Below are positions 49,891 through 62,135 of a DNA stretch of 64,000 bases, piece after piece. The notes under the pieces were generated by a model, which was not told the DNA's origin, searched no databases, and saw nothing but the letters and a program-made list of their open reading frames with translations. The translations under genes and the position numbers were made by a program. The DNA is taken from contig NC_091993.1 of assembly GCF_044704955.1 (NCBI RefSeq), positions 78,616,001 to 78,680,000 of the forward strand, given 5' to 3'. The stretch is from Pristiophorus japonicus. Taxonomy: Eukaryota. Positions within the stretch are counted from its first letter, which is position 1; each line of letters opens with the position of its first letter.

Positions 49891-52270
49891 TGGAATGGAA
49901 TTAGCTTCCACCACCTTTGCAGGTCGAGTGTCCAGATCCCGACAACTCACGGAGTGAAAAATTCCTCATCTCCCCTCTATCTCTGTTGCCAATGAATTTG
50001 AACCTTTGACCTCTGGTTATTGACCCACTCACCAAAGGGAATCGCTTTTCTCTATTTATCAAAACCTCTCAACATCTTGAAAACCTATGTTAGGTCACCT
50101 AACCTTTTCTGTTCCAAGGAGAACAGTCCTAACTTTTCCAACCTCTCCTCATAACTGAAGTCCGTCATCCCTGGTAACATCCTGGTAAACCTCCTCTGTA
50201 CCCTTTCTAATGACTTTACATCTTTCCTGAAGTGTGGTGCCCAGAATTGTCCACAATACTTGAGCTGAGGCCTAAGTAGTGATTTATAAAGTTCGATCAT
50301 GATCATATTCTATGCCTCTATTTTTAATCCCAAGTAACCGATATGCTTTCTTAACCACCTTATCAACTTGCCCTGCCACCTTTAAGGATTTATGTATATG
50401 GACACCAAGGTTTCTCTGCTCATCTACATTTTTCTCAATTGTCCCATTTATAGTTTATTGTCATTCCATATTCGTCTTCCCAAAGTACATCATGTCACAC
50501 TTCTCTGCATTGAGCTCCATCTACCCATTTCACCATCCTCGCTGTGTCATCCTGAAGGCTATAGCTATCCTCATCATGGGCCCAAATTTGGCCCACCCGT
50601 TTTTTCGGCACACTCACGTGAAACTTCCAAGGCTCAAAACGGCGCCAAAAAGATGTCCCCGGATTCTGGCCGCTCTGTTGACTCTCCCGGGGCTTGGCGC
50701 GGGGTGGCGATTCCATTGGGGGGGCGGAGCTAAGGCCCTGCGCATGAAAGAGTGCTGGCAGCGCTGCGCATGCGCATTGGAGTGTTCACACATGCACAGT
50801 AGCGAATAACACTGGCAATCGGCCAGTTCCCTGTGCTCTCTCACCCTGCACCTATCCCTGGCCGAGTAGCCTCCCGCACTGGCCAGCTGGCCCACTGTCC
50901 GTTGATTCCTGCAGCCAGCGGCCTGTGTCTTCTGGGAGCCCAGCCTAGCCTGCCTGTGTGTTCTGCGAGCCTGTGGCCAGTTTCCTGTGCTCTCCCGTCC
51001 GGTCGTCCCGCCCGCACCTATCCCCAGCCGAATGGCCTCTCGCACCGGCCGGCCCGCTGACTTCCCGGGCCCGAGCTAGGAAGGTAGGACTTAAATTTTA
51101 TTTTTTATTTCTTCTTGATGGTTTTTATGCTTCTTGAATGTTGTTGTGCTTTGTTTAGTGCTTTGTAAGGTCCTGTCTGCTTCCCTTCCTGCCCCTATCT
51201 CTGGCTACCTGCGCTGATTTCTTAACTCTCCGCAAGGGTTTCTGTGCCTAAGTTAGTTTGGAGCAACTATTAGCTGTCCAAAGTGGAATAAATGGGCAAA
51301 ACTGGCGTAGGTGGCTGGTAACGCCCCCTTTTGAAAAAAACTAAACTAAACTAAAAAAAATCCTAACTAACTGGCACAAATTGAATGTGCAAAATGGGGA
51401 TTTTTAAGATATTTCAGAAAAATCAAGTTGCTCCAAATTTTGGACCCCATGATCTACTACTTTCCCAAGTTTTGTATCATCTGCAAACTTTATAATGCTG
51501 CTTCTTATACCCGAGTCTCGGTCGTTTACAAATATTAAAGAGAGTAATGGACCCAAAACTGATCCTTGGGGGAGCACCACTGCAAACCACCTTCCAGTCT
51601 GAGAAAGATTCATCCACTACCACCCTTTACTTCCTGACATTGAGCCAAATCTACATCCATACCACCTTTCCCCTTCATTCCATGGGCTTCCATCTTCTTA
51701 ACAAGCCTCCTTTGCCGCACTTTGTCGAATGCCTTGCGAAAGTCCGTATATACAACATCTACTGCATTACTTTATTCAACCTTCCTTTTCACTTCATCAA
51801 AGAATTCAATCAAGTTAGTCAGTCAAGATCTGTCTTTAACACATGTCTGCTGCCTCTCCTTGATTAACCTATGCCTTTCCAAATGAAAAATTATTTTGTG
51901 CTTGATAATCGTTTCCAATAGCTTCCCCACCATCGATGTTAGGCTGACTGGCCTGTAGTTTCCCAGTTTATCCCTCTCCCCTTCCTTGAATAGTGGTAAA
52001 ACATTAGCAACCCTCCAGTCCTCTGGCACTTCTCCTGTATTCGATGAGAATTGAAGGATTGTGACCAATGCCTCCACTATTTATACCTTTGCTTCTTTCA
52101 GCAACCAAGGATGCATTCCATCCAGACCAGGTGACTTTACAACTTTCAGTAATGCTAACTCTTTAGTACGTCCTCCAACTATGACCAGCCTGTCCATAAC
52201 TTCCCTCTCCTCTTTTAGTGTAACCTTCACATCATCCGCAAACTTTGTGAACACAAATGCAAAGTACTCA
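49891..52270 (-). mobile_element. Older CR1 hosting the full-length CR1 and a MITE (its 3' end is at 45530-45640)
   Basis: [30 protein letters not shown] and RPQLKYC remnants. Confidence 0.85.
50578..51447. mobile_element. PIF/Harbinger-like MITE
   Basis: TIRs gggcccaaattt / aaattttggaccc; 3-bp TSD cat; the host CR1 rejoins as tcatcat|gatctact. Confidence 0.75.
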
Positions 52271-52789
52271 TTGGGTAATCGGTTGCCTTTTGCCTTTATG
52301 CTTTATCGAATTGAAAGAAGGATCATCAGCACAAGACAGACCAACAAAGATGGGAGGAAAAAATAGATATGAAATGGATAGGGAACACTGAGTCAGTCTA
52401 TGTCTGCAACATTGCTGGGATTCGTAACATCATATTTCATAGTGAAACACAACTGAGGCCAATGACGAGTGACAGGGATAAAGAGCTGAAAAAGCTCCAT
52501 AACTGCAGGGAAATCATAATCTGGAGTTATAGTGATGCTGAACCTTAAATAAAAGGTCCCACTGACCTATATTTAGTCACTTTGGACTTATTTTGAAAAA
52601 TCTGAGATTGGGCAAAATTTGTTTGTTTCTATTATAGGAAACTACAGCGGCCACTAAAGCATTAGAACAGTCAGTGGTTATAGCACAAAATTCCATGTTT
52701 ATCTCACTGACATGAAAGACCCTCACAACTTAAAAATTAACTCATTTATCATCAGTTACTCAGACATCATAACTCATCAGATAAACAAG

Positions 52790-53554
52790 GGGGGCAAAAA
52801 TGCCCTGCACCCCGATTGGGGGCGGTAATCAGCTGAGGCCGGGACTTTCCTCGCTCGCGCAGAAGTCCCGCCCCCTGCCACTGAATTGGGCTTACCGTCC
52901 CTCAAAGGAAGTGGAGCGCAATCTCGCATGTCCACTTCATTTCAGGGCGGGTCCCGGGGCGCGACTGGGCGAGATGTTCAGCGCTACCCGGACACACTTC
53001 AATGCTCGTCCCCTTCGATTAAAGGGGAGGGCTGCTGCACACTCTGCAAGGCCTCTGATGGCCTCCACTGGACCACCAGAGCAGCGTGGAACCGGGCCTG
53101 CAGCCCGGCACCCAAAACGGAGTGCCAGGCTGCACCATGGCGACCCAGACCACGCTAGAGGTCATATTCTGGAGCTGACCCGAGAGTCGGCAAACCAGCA
53201 AAGATGGCGGCACGGGGCGCTGGTGGCCTCCCCTTTAAGTTCAGTCCGCGCAGGTATGTTGGGCAGCTTTGCAACCCGTTCAGCTGGTGTTGAAATCTGT
53301 TCGCACCAGCCTCACAATGGCCACAATTTCCTCCGCGGGGGAGTAAGAGGGCGGTGCGTGACAATAATGTCATCGTTGGTTGTGCTGCATCCTGGGGCGC
53401 TACTCATGGGGTGCGGCTCTGCTGTGGCAATGCCGCTGCAAACTCACGGGCAATTTCACGGAGCCGGAAGCGCCCTCCGACTCCCCCGCCCTGGATGAAA
53501 AGTCTCTTTCACTCCGCGCTAATGGGCCTCTAAAAAAGGGGCAATTTCACCCTC
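52790..53554. mobile_element. PIF/Harbinger-like MITE
   Basis: TIRs gggggcaaaaatgccc / gggcaatttcaccctc (12 of 16), 3-bp TSD aag, CpG-rich. Confidence 0.7.
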
Positions 53555-54205
53555 AAGGTTTCCACAGTAACTCAACAAACTCCCTATCTTATTATAAACA
53601 TTGAAATAATTATTTTTTTTTAAGTCATGATTTCATTAAATGTCTGAAGATGGAACCCTGCCTATTAATAAATCCAGTACATTCTGCAAATTCACAATCC
53701 CTCCAGTTAAATCTTGGCTATCTACAGGTGCCTGTAGCTGTAGACACTCTGGACACAAAATTCAGAACCATGGCACCCCTTTTTTGGGCTGTACGAGTGC
53801 CCTTAGAGGTCCAAAATGGCATCCACGGCAAACGCATACACCTCTGGTGTGAGTCGTGTCAAACGCCATATTGGTGAGGGCGGTAGCGTGCGCACAGTGA
53901 GCGTCCACGGGAAGTTTGCAGAGTAGGCAGATCATGAGGCCCATTTGCAGCCTGTAAATCAGAAGAAATTGTGGGATGAGGGGGAAGTGGGATGTGAGAA
54001 GGAGGATTAGTTATCAGGATACCGTTATCTTCTATAGTTTTAGCACCGCCTCTCTTTTAGCTCCTGTGGCCTCTGGTTGTGTGCCACCTTGTCCTGCAAG
54101 AGAGAGGGAAGTGGGTCAGTGAGTGCCGTGCAATCTGTTTGGGAGTGTGTGCACGGTGTGAGATGTGGGTGTGAAGCTTGCAGCAGTGCTAGGTGTGTGA
54201 GGGTG

Positions 54206-57200
54206 ATCCAAAATTGGTTCCGTGGCAAGAAGCAAAGGGTAATGGAGACTGGAATGATGTTTCCAGTGGGGTTTAACAGGTCTCAGTACTAGGTCCCTTG
54301 CGTTTTGTGATATATATCAATGATTTAGACTTCAATATAGGGGGCATGATTAAGAAGTTTGCAGATGATACTAAAATTGGCCGTGTGGTTGATATTGAGG
54401 AAGAAAACTGTAGACTGCAGGAAGATATCAATGGACTGGTTAGGTGGGCAGGAAAGCGGCAAATGGAATTCAATCCAGAGAAGTGTGAGGTAATGCATTT
54501 GGGGAGGGAATACACAATAAATGGTAGGATACTGAGAAGTGTACAGGAAGAGAGGAATCTTGGAGTGCATGTCCACAGATTCCAGAAGGTAGCAGGACAG
54601 ATAGGTAAGATGGTTAAGAAGGCATAAGGGATACCTTCCTTTATTAACTGAGACATAGAATATAAGAGCAATATAATAGAATATAATAGCAAGGAGATTA
54701 TGCTTGAACTGTATAAAACACTAGTTAGGCCACAGCTAGAGTACTGTGTACAGTTCTTGTCATTACATTACAGGAAAGATGTTATTGCATTAGAGAGGGT
54801 ACAGAGAAGATTTATGAGGATGTTGCCAGGACTGGAGAATTTCAGAACATAAGAACATGAGAACATAAGAATTAGGAGCAGGATTAGGCCATACAGCCCT
54901 TCAACACAGATCTGCCATTCAATAAGATCATGGCTGATCTTCGACCTCAACTCCACTTTCGCGCCCGATTCCCATATCCCTCGATTCCCCTGGAGTCAAA
55001 AATCTATCTATATCAGCCTTGAATATACTCAACAACTCAGTATCTATAACCTTTTGGGGTAGAGAATTCCAAAGATTCACAACCCTCTCAGTGAAGAAAC
55101 TCCTCTTTATCTCAGTCTTAAATGGCCCACCTCTTATCCTGAGACTGTGCCCCTTAGTTCTAGACTCTCCCGCCCGGGCAAACAACCTCTCACCATCTAC
55201 ACTGTCAATCCCCCTCAGAATCTTATATGTTTTAGTGGGATCATCTCTCATTCTTCTAAACTCCAGACACTATCGGCCAAATCTACTTAATTTCTCATCA
55301 TAGGACAAACCTCTCATCCCAGGGATCAATCTAGTGAACCTCACCAAAGCCCTGTACAATTCTAGTGGACTTCCTTACTCTTGTACTCCAACCCCCTTGC
55401 AATAAAGGCCAACATGCTATTTGCCTTCCTAATTGCTTGTTGTACCTGCATGCTAACTGTCTGTGTTTCCTGTATGAGGATACCTAAATCTCTCTGAACA
55501 CCAACATTTAATGGTTTCTCACCATTTTAAAACTATTCTGTTTTTCTATTCTTCCTACCAAAGTGAATAACCTCACACTTCCTCACATTATACTCCATCT
55601 GCCGCCTTATTGCCTATTCACTTAACCTGTCTATATCCCTTTCCAAGCTCTTTCTGTCCTCCTCACAGCTTACTTTCCCACCTAGCTTTGTATCGTCAGC
55701 ACACTTGGATACATTGCACTCGGTCTCTATATCTAAGTCATGAATATAGATTGTAAATAGTTGAGCCCCCAGCACTGATCCTTGTGGCATCCTACTAGTT
55801 ACAGCCTGCCAACTGAAAAATGACCTGCTTATCCCTACTCTCTGGGTTGGATTTTTGACTTGTTGCTGCCTCTGTTTTCACCCCGGAGGGACAGCAATGG
55901 CAGTGACAAGCTCTTCCGGGTGGGCAGCCAGCTTCCAGAGCCTCGCCGGGGTTTTCAGGGCCAGTTTCAGCGTGGTGCGTAGTATTATCTGCCATAAGGG
56001 GCGGGCCAGTGTTGGCTGCGACACCGAATCGATTTTTGGCTCCCACCCAATCCAAAGCGTTCCGTAGAGCACCGTGCTGTGTCCGCCTGTGAAAACAGGT
56101 GGTCCGAGCTGTAGCAGCTGCTGTGAGGTAAGTAATGTCGACCTCAGGTAAGTGTGACTGGTTTTTTTTGAGATTCATGTTGGGGTGACACAAGTTATTT
56201 ATTGGGAATGTTTTTGGTGGGTTGTATTCAGGTTTTTTTTTCTCCCCAAGCCTCTCTTAGAGCGCTCCGAGGCCGGCTGTTTAGCTCGGGACTTCCGCAT
56301 GTTCAGCCGGCCTAGGGAGATGTGCAACACCTCCCTTAGTGCTCTGCCCCACACTCAGGGCCCAGTTGCCCAATTTTGCTGACTGAGGTGCAAACCTTTC
56401 CCGGGCGCAAACTTTACCGCTCCGCCGCCATTACCGCCCCGAAATGAGCAAGGCCGAAAATCCAGCTCAGAGTTTTCTGTCCATTAACCAAACCTCTATC
56501 CATACTAATATATTACACTCAACCCCATGAACCCTATCTTGCATAGCAACCTTTTATGTGGCACTTTATCGAATGCCTTTTGGAAATTCAAATATACTAT
56601 ATCCATCGGTTCCCATTTATCTAACCTGCTACTTATATCCTCAAAAAACTCTCATTAATTTGTTGAACACAATTTCCCTTTCATAAATCCATGTCAACTC
56701 TACCTAATCATATTATGATTTTCTTAGTCCGCTGTTACCACTTGCTTAATAATGAATTCCAGCATTTTTCCGACGACTGATTTCAGGCTCACTGGCCTGT
56801 AGTTCTGTGTTTTCTCTCTCCCTCCATTCTTGAATAGCAGGGTTACATTTGCTACCTTCCAATCCACTGGGACCGTTCTGGAATCTAGGGAATTTTGGAA
56901 GATCACAACTAATACGTCCACTGCTGCACCTCTTTTAGAACCCTAGGATGTAGACCATCAGGTCCAGGGGATTTGTCGGCTTTTACATCCATCTGAGAGA
57001 GCAGGCGGGGCCTCAGCTTAACGTCTCATCCGAAAGACGGCACCTCCGACAGTGCAGCACTCCCTCAGCACTGCACTGGAGTGTCAGCCTATATTTCTGT
57101 ACTTTTTCTCTACTGATATTAATTACTTTAAGTTCCTCACACTTATTAGCCCCTTGGTTCCCAATTATTTTGGTATACTTTGTGTGTCTTCTACTCTGAA

Positions 57201-58260
57201 GACAAATACAAAATATTTCTTTAAACTCCCTACCAGTTCCTTATTCCCCATTATAATTTCACCTGTCTCAGCCTCTAAGAGACCAATGTTTACTTTTGCT
57301 GCTCTCTTCCTTTGTAGAAGCTCTTACAATTTGTTTTTATATTTCATGCTAGTTTATTCTCATATTCTATTTTCTCCCTTTTTATCAATTTTTTATCAAT
57401 TGCTAGTTTCTAAAGCTCTCCCAATCCTCAGGCTTAATACCATTCTTTGCAACATTATAAGCCTCTTCTTTTACTCTAATACTTTCATTATCTTCTTTCG
57501 TTAGGCACAGATGGATCACTTTTCCAGTTGAGTTTTTATTTCTCAAATGGACTGTATATTTGTTGAGAATTTAGAAATATTTCTTTAGGTATGAGGAAAG
57601 ATTGGATAGGCTAAGCTTGTCTTCTTTGGAACAGAGGAGGCTCAGGGGAGATTTCATTGAGGTATATAAAATTATGATAAAGTGGATAATAAGTGGAGAG
57701 CAGAGAGATCAATAGCCAGGGGATATATATTTAAAGTGATTGATGGAAGGATTAAAAGAAAAACAGAAAATGAAGCTCTTGGATTTATATAGTGCCTTTC
57801 ATGATCACCGGACGTGCCATGGGATCTTTTACATCCACTTGAGAGAGCAGGCGGGGCCTCAGCTTAACGTCTCATCCGAAAGACGGCACTCCCTCAGCAC
57901 TGCACTGGAGTGTCAGCCTAAATTTATGTGCTCAAGTTCCCTGGAGTGGGACTTGAACCTACAACCTTCTGACTCAGAGGCAAGGGTGTTACCCACTGAG
58001 CCTTAGGAGTTGAGGAGAATTTTTTTCACCCAGAGGGTGGTGGGGGTCTGGAACTCACTGCCTGAAAGGGTGTTAAAAGCAGAAATCCTCATCACATTTA
58101 AAAGTACTTGGATTTGCATATGAAGTGCTATAACCTACAAAGCTACAGACCAAGAGCTTGAAAGTGACATTAGGCTGGATAGCTCTTTTTTTGGACGGCA
58201 CAGACACAATGGGCCAAATTACCTCCTTCCGTGCCGTAAATTTCCATGCTTCTATAATTC
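54206..58260 (+). mobile_element. CR1 (+) split by an inverted CR1 (54846-57588, -), a MITE (55844-56468) and SINE pieces
   Basis: The + copy resumes across ggagaatttc..|..tatgaggaaagattgg; MITE TIRs gggttggattttt / aaaatccagctc. Confidence 0.8.
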
Positions 58261-58402
58261 CATGAAGCTATGACTGTTAGGTATGAGCCCTGATTGATAG
58301 AGATTGTCAGTAGGTGAGTGTTGGAGGTGTGGTGCATTGAGCAGTGACTGAGGCTAATGTTGCAGTTGGTATGATATGGTATTTGAAGATGCATTCACTG
58401 AC

Positions 58403-58622
58403 CTTGACCACTCGAGTAAGGTCATTGAACTTCGTATGGCACTGTATCCAGGTCCTCAGGGCTTGACTTCTAGCATTGATCGCCATGGCTATCTGCTCCC
58501 ATTGCATGTGTCTGGAGGGCCTCCTGGTCCCTGTGGGTAGAACACATCTCTCCTTCTCACCACCTCCTCCACCAAGACCTCCAGTAAAGTGTCGGAAAAT
58601 CTTGAAGCTCTCTCTCTGCCAT
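58403..58622 (-). pseudogene. Decayed Harbinger transposon Myb/SANT-like ORF exon
   Basis: RFSDTLLEVLVEEVVRRRD...WEQIAMAINARSQALRTWIQCHTKFNDLTRVVK followed by donor GTCAGT; frameshifted. Related remnants at ~54040-54200(-) and 63650-63735(+). Confidence 0.75.
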
Positions 58623-58980
58623 GTTGTGTCATTATTCAGTCTTTTTCCATGTCAGAATGAGTTCCACAATGACTTCCACCGCCTGCTTCAGCCACAATGC
58701 ACCTCCCCTTTAAGAGGTGCGGGTTAGATTTAAGTGGTGCTAACCTCTCACAATTTTGGGCCTCCTGCTGAGACATGCAGCCACTCAACAGCGCAGTTAG
58801 TGCAGGATGCACACTCCAAACATGTTAATGAGCAGGCAGCACGAAGTTGGCATATTGCCTGCATCGGAAGCAACAGGTGTGGGTCAATCGCGCATCGCGC
58901 ATCGCGATTCCCGCTCCCGTTTTCGCGGGCTATCGAATTTCGGCCACTGACTCTATCCCTGTTGCCGCAAAATAAAGGCG

Positions 58981-58985
<5 letters not shown>

Positions 58986-59016
<31 letters not shown>
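58986..59016. repeat. (AT)n microsatellite
   Basis: Direct reading. Confidence 0.9.
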
Positions 59017-59018
<2 letters not shown>

Positions 59019-59878
59019 CAGTAAACTGCATTTTACAATGTACATAGAAAGACGTTTTGTATCTATAAAGTGCCTTATCATATCTTGCAGAAACATCTCA
59101 AAGTGCTTCAGATAGAATTACTTTGCAGCAAACACATGTATATCTATATATCAGACACTGTACACAACTCATCCACGTTCATGTTTGCATATGTACAGCA
59201 CTTACATACTCCTACACACTTATTTGACTCAATAATTGAGAGCCAATTTTCCTAAATATGTGTTCCTGCAACACTCCGCCGGCAGTGCCCATCATGGACT
59301 GGCCAGTTCTATACTTCCATGATATGATCTGTGCCAGGCCTTCATAAAACCAGCCCAATGCTGTATTTGTAACACAAACAATAACCGGTCCAGAAACTCT
59401 GCATACAGACATATAAATCTAGAGCTAACTGTTGGCGATATTAGTGAACGAATGCTTCATGCAGGCCTTAGCCTGGTTATTTTACCTGCATTAATACCTG
59501 CACTGAAACAGCAGACAAATAAATGCTGTTGGAACATGTAAAAATCTCATTCACTAATATCACTTAAATGTAGTACCTACCAGTGTTTATAACATAGGCT
59601 CCAGTTTAAATTCAATGCACCACTTTCTTTCTGACAAAGATATCTCCTACTGTTCTTGTCACAATTAAACCTTGTCTGACACTTCTTGATCTGTGGTAAG
59701 AGTTCTTTCTATATAGTGTGCTCGCAATGTAGGTATCCCTGGTCATTTCGTTTTTCTCAGAGGTGAACTATGTTTAACAATAGTTGTTCAGTCTGTAGAC
59801 TTTTTTAATCAAATTTCTATCTAACTGCTCCTTGTTTCCTGACATGCCAACACTGTGTAGAAAGGGTTCGATACTCAC

Positions 59879-59997
59879 CCAAAAATTATTTCAAAAGGTC
59901 CCAGATCAAGGAGCTCTACCTTCTCTGTGTCAGCCTCTCCATCCGCTCCCTCCTCTTGCTCAATTTTCTTGGTATCTTTTTTGGTATTTTCAGCCAT
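59879..59997 (-). CDS. APOBEC2: APOBEC2 coding exon 1: MAENTKKDTKKIEQEEGADGEADTEKVELLDLGPFEIIF(G)
   Basis: ATG at 59997 in good context (gcaATGg); ELLDLGPFEIIFG aligns with human ELIELPPFEIVTG; donor GG|GTGAGT; phase 2 joins exon 2 in frame. Confidence 0.93.
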
Positions 59998-59999
59998 TG

Positions 60000-60230
60000 C
60001 GGACAGAAACCCGACAGATCAGTGTGACGTGGACAGACCAAAGGCAGCTCTGCACTGAGCAAGCGAGAGGTCCCTGTCACATTACTGCCTCAAACACTAA
60101 ATAAGGGAGCGAAGGAGGAGGAGAGTTCTTCCAGCCTGAAATAAACTGCAAGCATATCATCACCATCGGCCCCGTCAATCACAGGCAGCCCTCCCTAATC
60201 CTCACATTTTTCCAGCTGAATTCACAATGC
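60000..60230 (-). promoter_or_regulatory. APOBEC2: Probable APOBEC2 5'UTR and proximal promoter
   Basis: Unique sequence upstream of the ATG; AT-rich CArG/TATA-like CCTTATTTAG (60106-60097) and an E-box CAGCTG near 60213. Confidence 0.45.
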
Positions 60231-60395
60231 TTTCTTCCCAACACATTTGTTCCTTCCCTTCATCCTTTGCTTCTTTTTTTAACCTTCATTTGAATCTTTT
60301 ACCAAAAAAGAAAGAAAGAAATACACAAGACAATGTAGAAGGTGTTTAAGTTAGTTTCTTATTCATTTTATGTTTCTTAAAATAACCCTCCCCAT

Positions 60396-61110
60396 TCTTT
60401 CATTAAAATACCACCTTAAAGCATTTCATTGCCACAGGTTGAGTTCTTTTAGGATTCAACAGTTATAGTTGGGAGTTCAGAACAAGGGGGCATAACCTTA
60501 AAATGAGAACTAGACCAGTGGTGTCAGGAAGCATTTCTTCATACAGCCTCTTTGCAACAAATCTTTCCTTTAATTTCCTCACATCTTCCCTAAAGGCGTT
60601 GACTCTGCTTGGGGTACAGCTCCATAGGTTGCAGTTGGCACCTTGCCCAAGTGACTGCACTTCATGTCCAGCTTTGGCAATAAGCGCCGGCCGGTGATTC
60701 AATCACATAAGGCATCGCATCCCCCATCAGATCCTGCCCTTACTCAATGTCCATGCACACTACACTCTCCCGGAGGAGTCTCGGGATAGCAATCAGGCGC
60801 AGGAACCCTGGCTGACTGTTTCCTCTCCTTAGTGCAGGAGCTGAGGCCAATTGCAGCACATTAACTGCTTCCCATTGATAAACCTTTCCTCTAGGTTTAT
60901 TTATCAATACTCGTTGCTTGCATGTGTCAAGGTGCCCAACTCTTCTCCCTCCTCACTCTTTCATTAAAATGCCACATTAAAGCATTTCATTGCCACAGGT
61001 TGAGTTCTTTTAGAATTCAACAGTTATAGTTGGGAGTTCAGAACAAGGGGGCATAACCTTAAAATTAGAGCTAGACCAGTGGTGTCAGGAAGCACTTCTT
61101 CATACAGCCT
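60396..61110. repeat. 154-bp direct repeat pair (60396-60549 and 60957-61110), offset 561 bp
   Basis: Near-identical copies, tctttcattaaaat...ttcttcatacagcct. Confidence 0.92.
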
Positions 61111-61819
61111 TGATCCAAACATGGACAAAATAGCTGAATTCCAGAGGTGAGGTGAGAGTGACTGCCCTTGACATCAAGACAGCATTTGACCGAGTGTGGC
61201 TTCAAGGAGCCCTAGTACAAGTGAAGTCAATGGGAATTCTGCACCCATTTTAAAGAGGGAGGTTCACTCTCAAGATTCCTCATTATAGAGTGTCCTTGTC
61301 AGGAAAGTCCTTAAACATCCGACAGGTCAGCCAGCATCTCAAAGACAGGTTAATGTTTCAGGTGAGACCCTTCAGCAGAATACCCTAGACAATGAGCATC
61401 ATCAGGTTATTCAACCATGGGAGCAGTTTAACCAAAATTCATCATGTTCTCACCCAACATTCACACTTTCTAGCAGAGGCCAATGGATAGCAATCAGGAA
61501 CTGGAAGTGTGGCTCCCGAAGATCTCCCCGAGCCTAAGGGTTGCAACAGTAATTGTAGCCCCTCGATTACTGTCCTACTTGGCAGCAACTAACTCAGTGT
61601 GGACTGGGGGTTGAACCTGTATTATGGCCTTGCTGGTTAAACGTCACTTTGGGCAGTGTTTACCAACTGAGTTATTCTGGAAGCCTCTCTTTCTACTTTC
61701 TATCTATTTGCACTTTAGGTTTTGCTCTTTTCCTTTATATCTTCGTTCTCTCTCTTTAAATGTTTAATCCCCATTCCTCCATGTTTTCTCTTGTTTGTTG
61801 TCCACAGCAACAGCTCAGA

Positions 61820-62135
61820 AAACACATAAGAACATAAGAAATAGGAGCATGAGTAGGCCATTTGGTCCCTCGAGCCTGCTCTGCCATTCAATAAGATCAC
61901 TCCACTTTCCTGCCTGTTTCCCATAACCATTGACTCCCCTATAGTGCAAGAATCTGTCTATCGCAGCCTTAAATATATTCAATGACCCAGCCTCCACAGC
62001 TCTCTGGGACAGAGAATTCCAAAGATTCATGACTCTCTGAGAGAAGAAATTCCTCCTCATCTCTCTTTTAGAAGGGCGATCTCTTATTCTGAAACTATGC
62101 CCCCTAGTTCCAGATTCCCCCACGAGGAAAACACA
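61820..62135 (-). mobile_element. CR1 3' end
   Basis: RGHSFRIR..FFSQRVMNLWNSL; (TTCTTATG)n tail. Confidence 0.9.

Noticed and set aside
52800-53498. 232-aa ORF or CpG island
   Set aside because: Lies wholly within a TIR/TSD-bounded MITE and has no recognisable domain.
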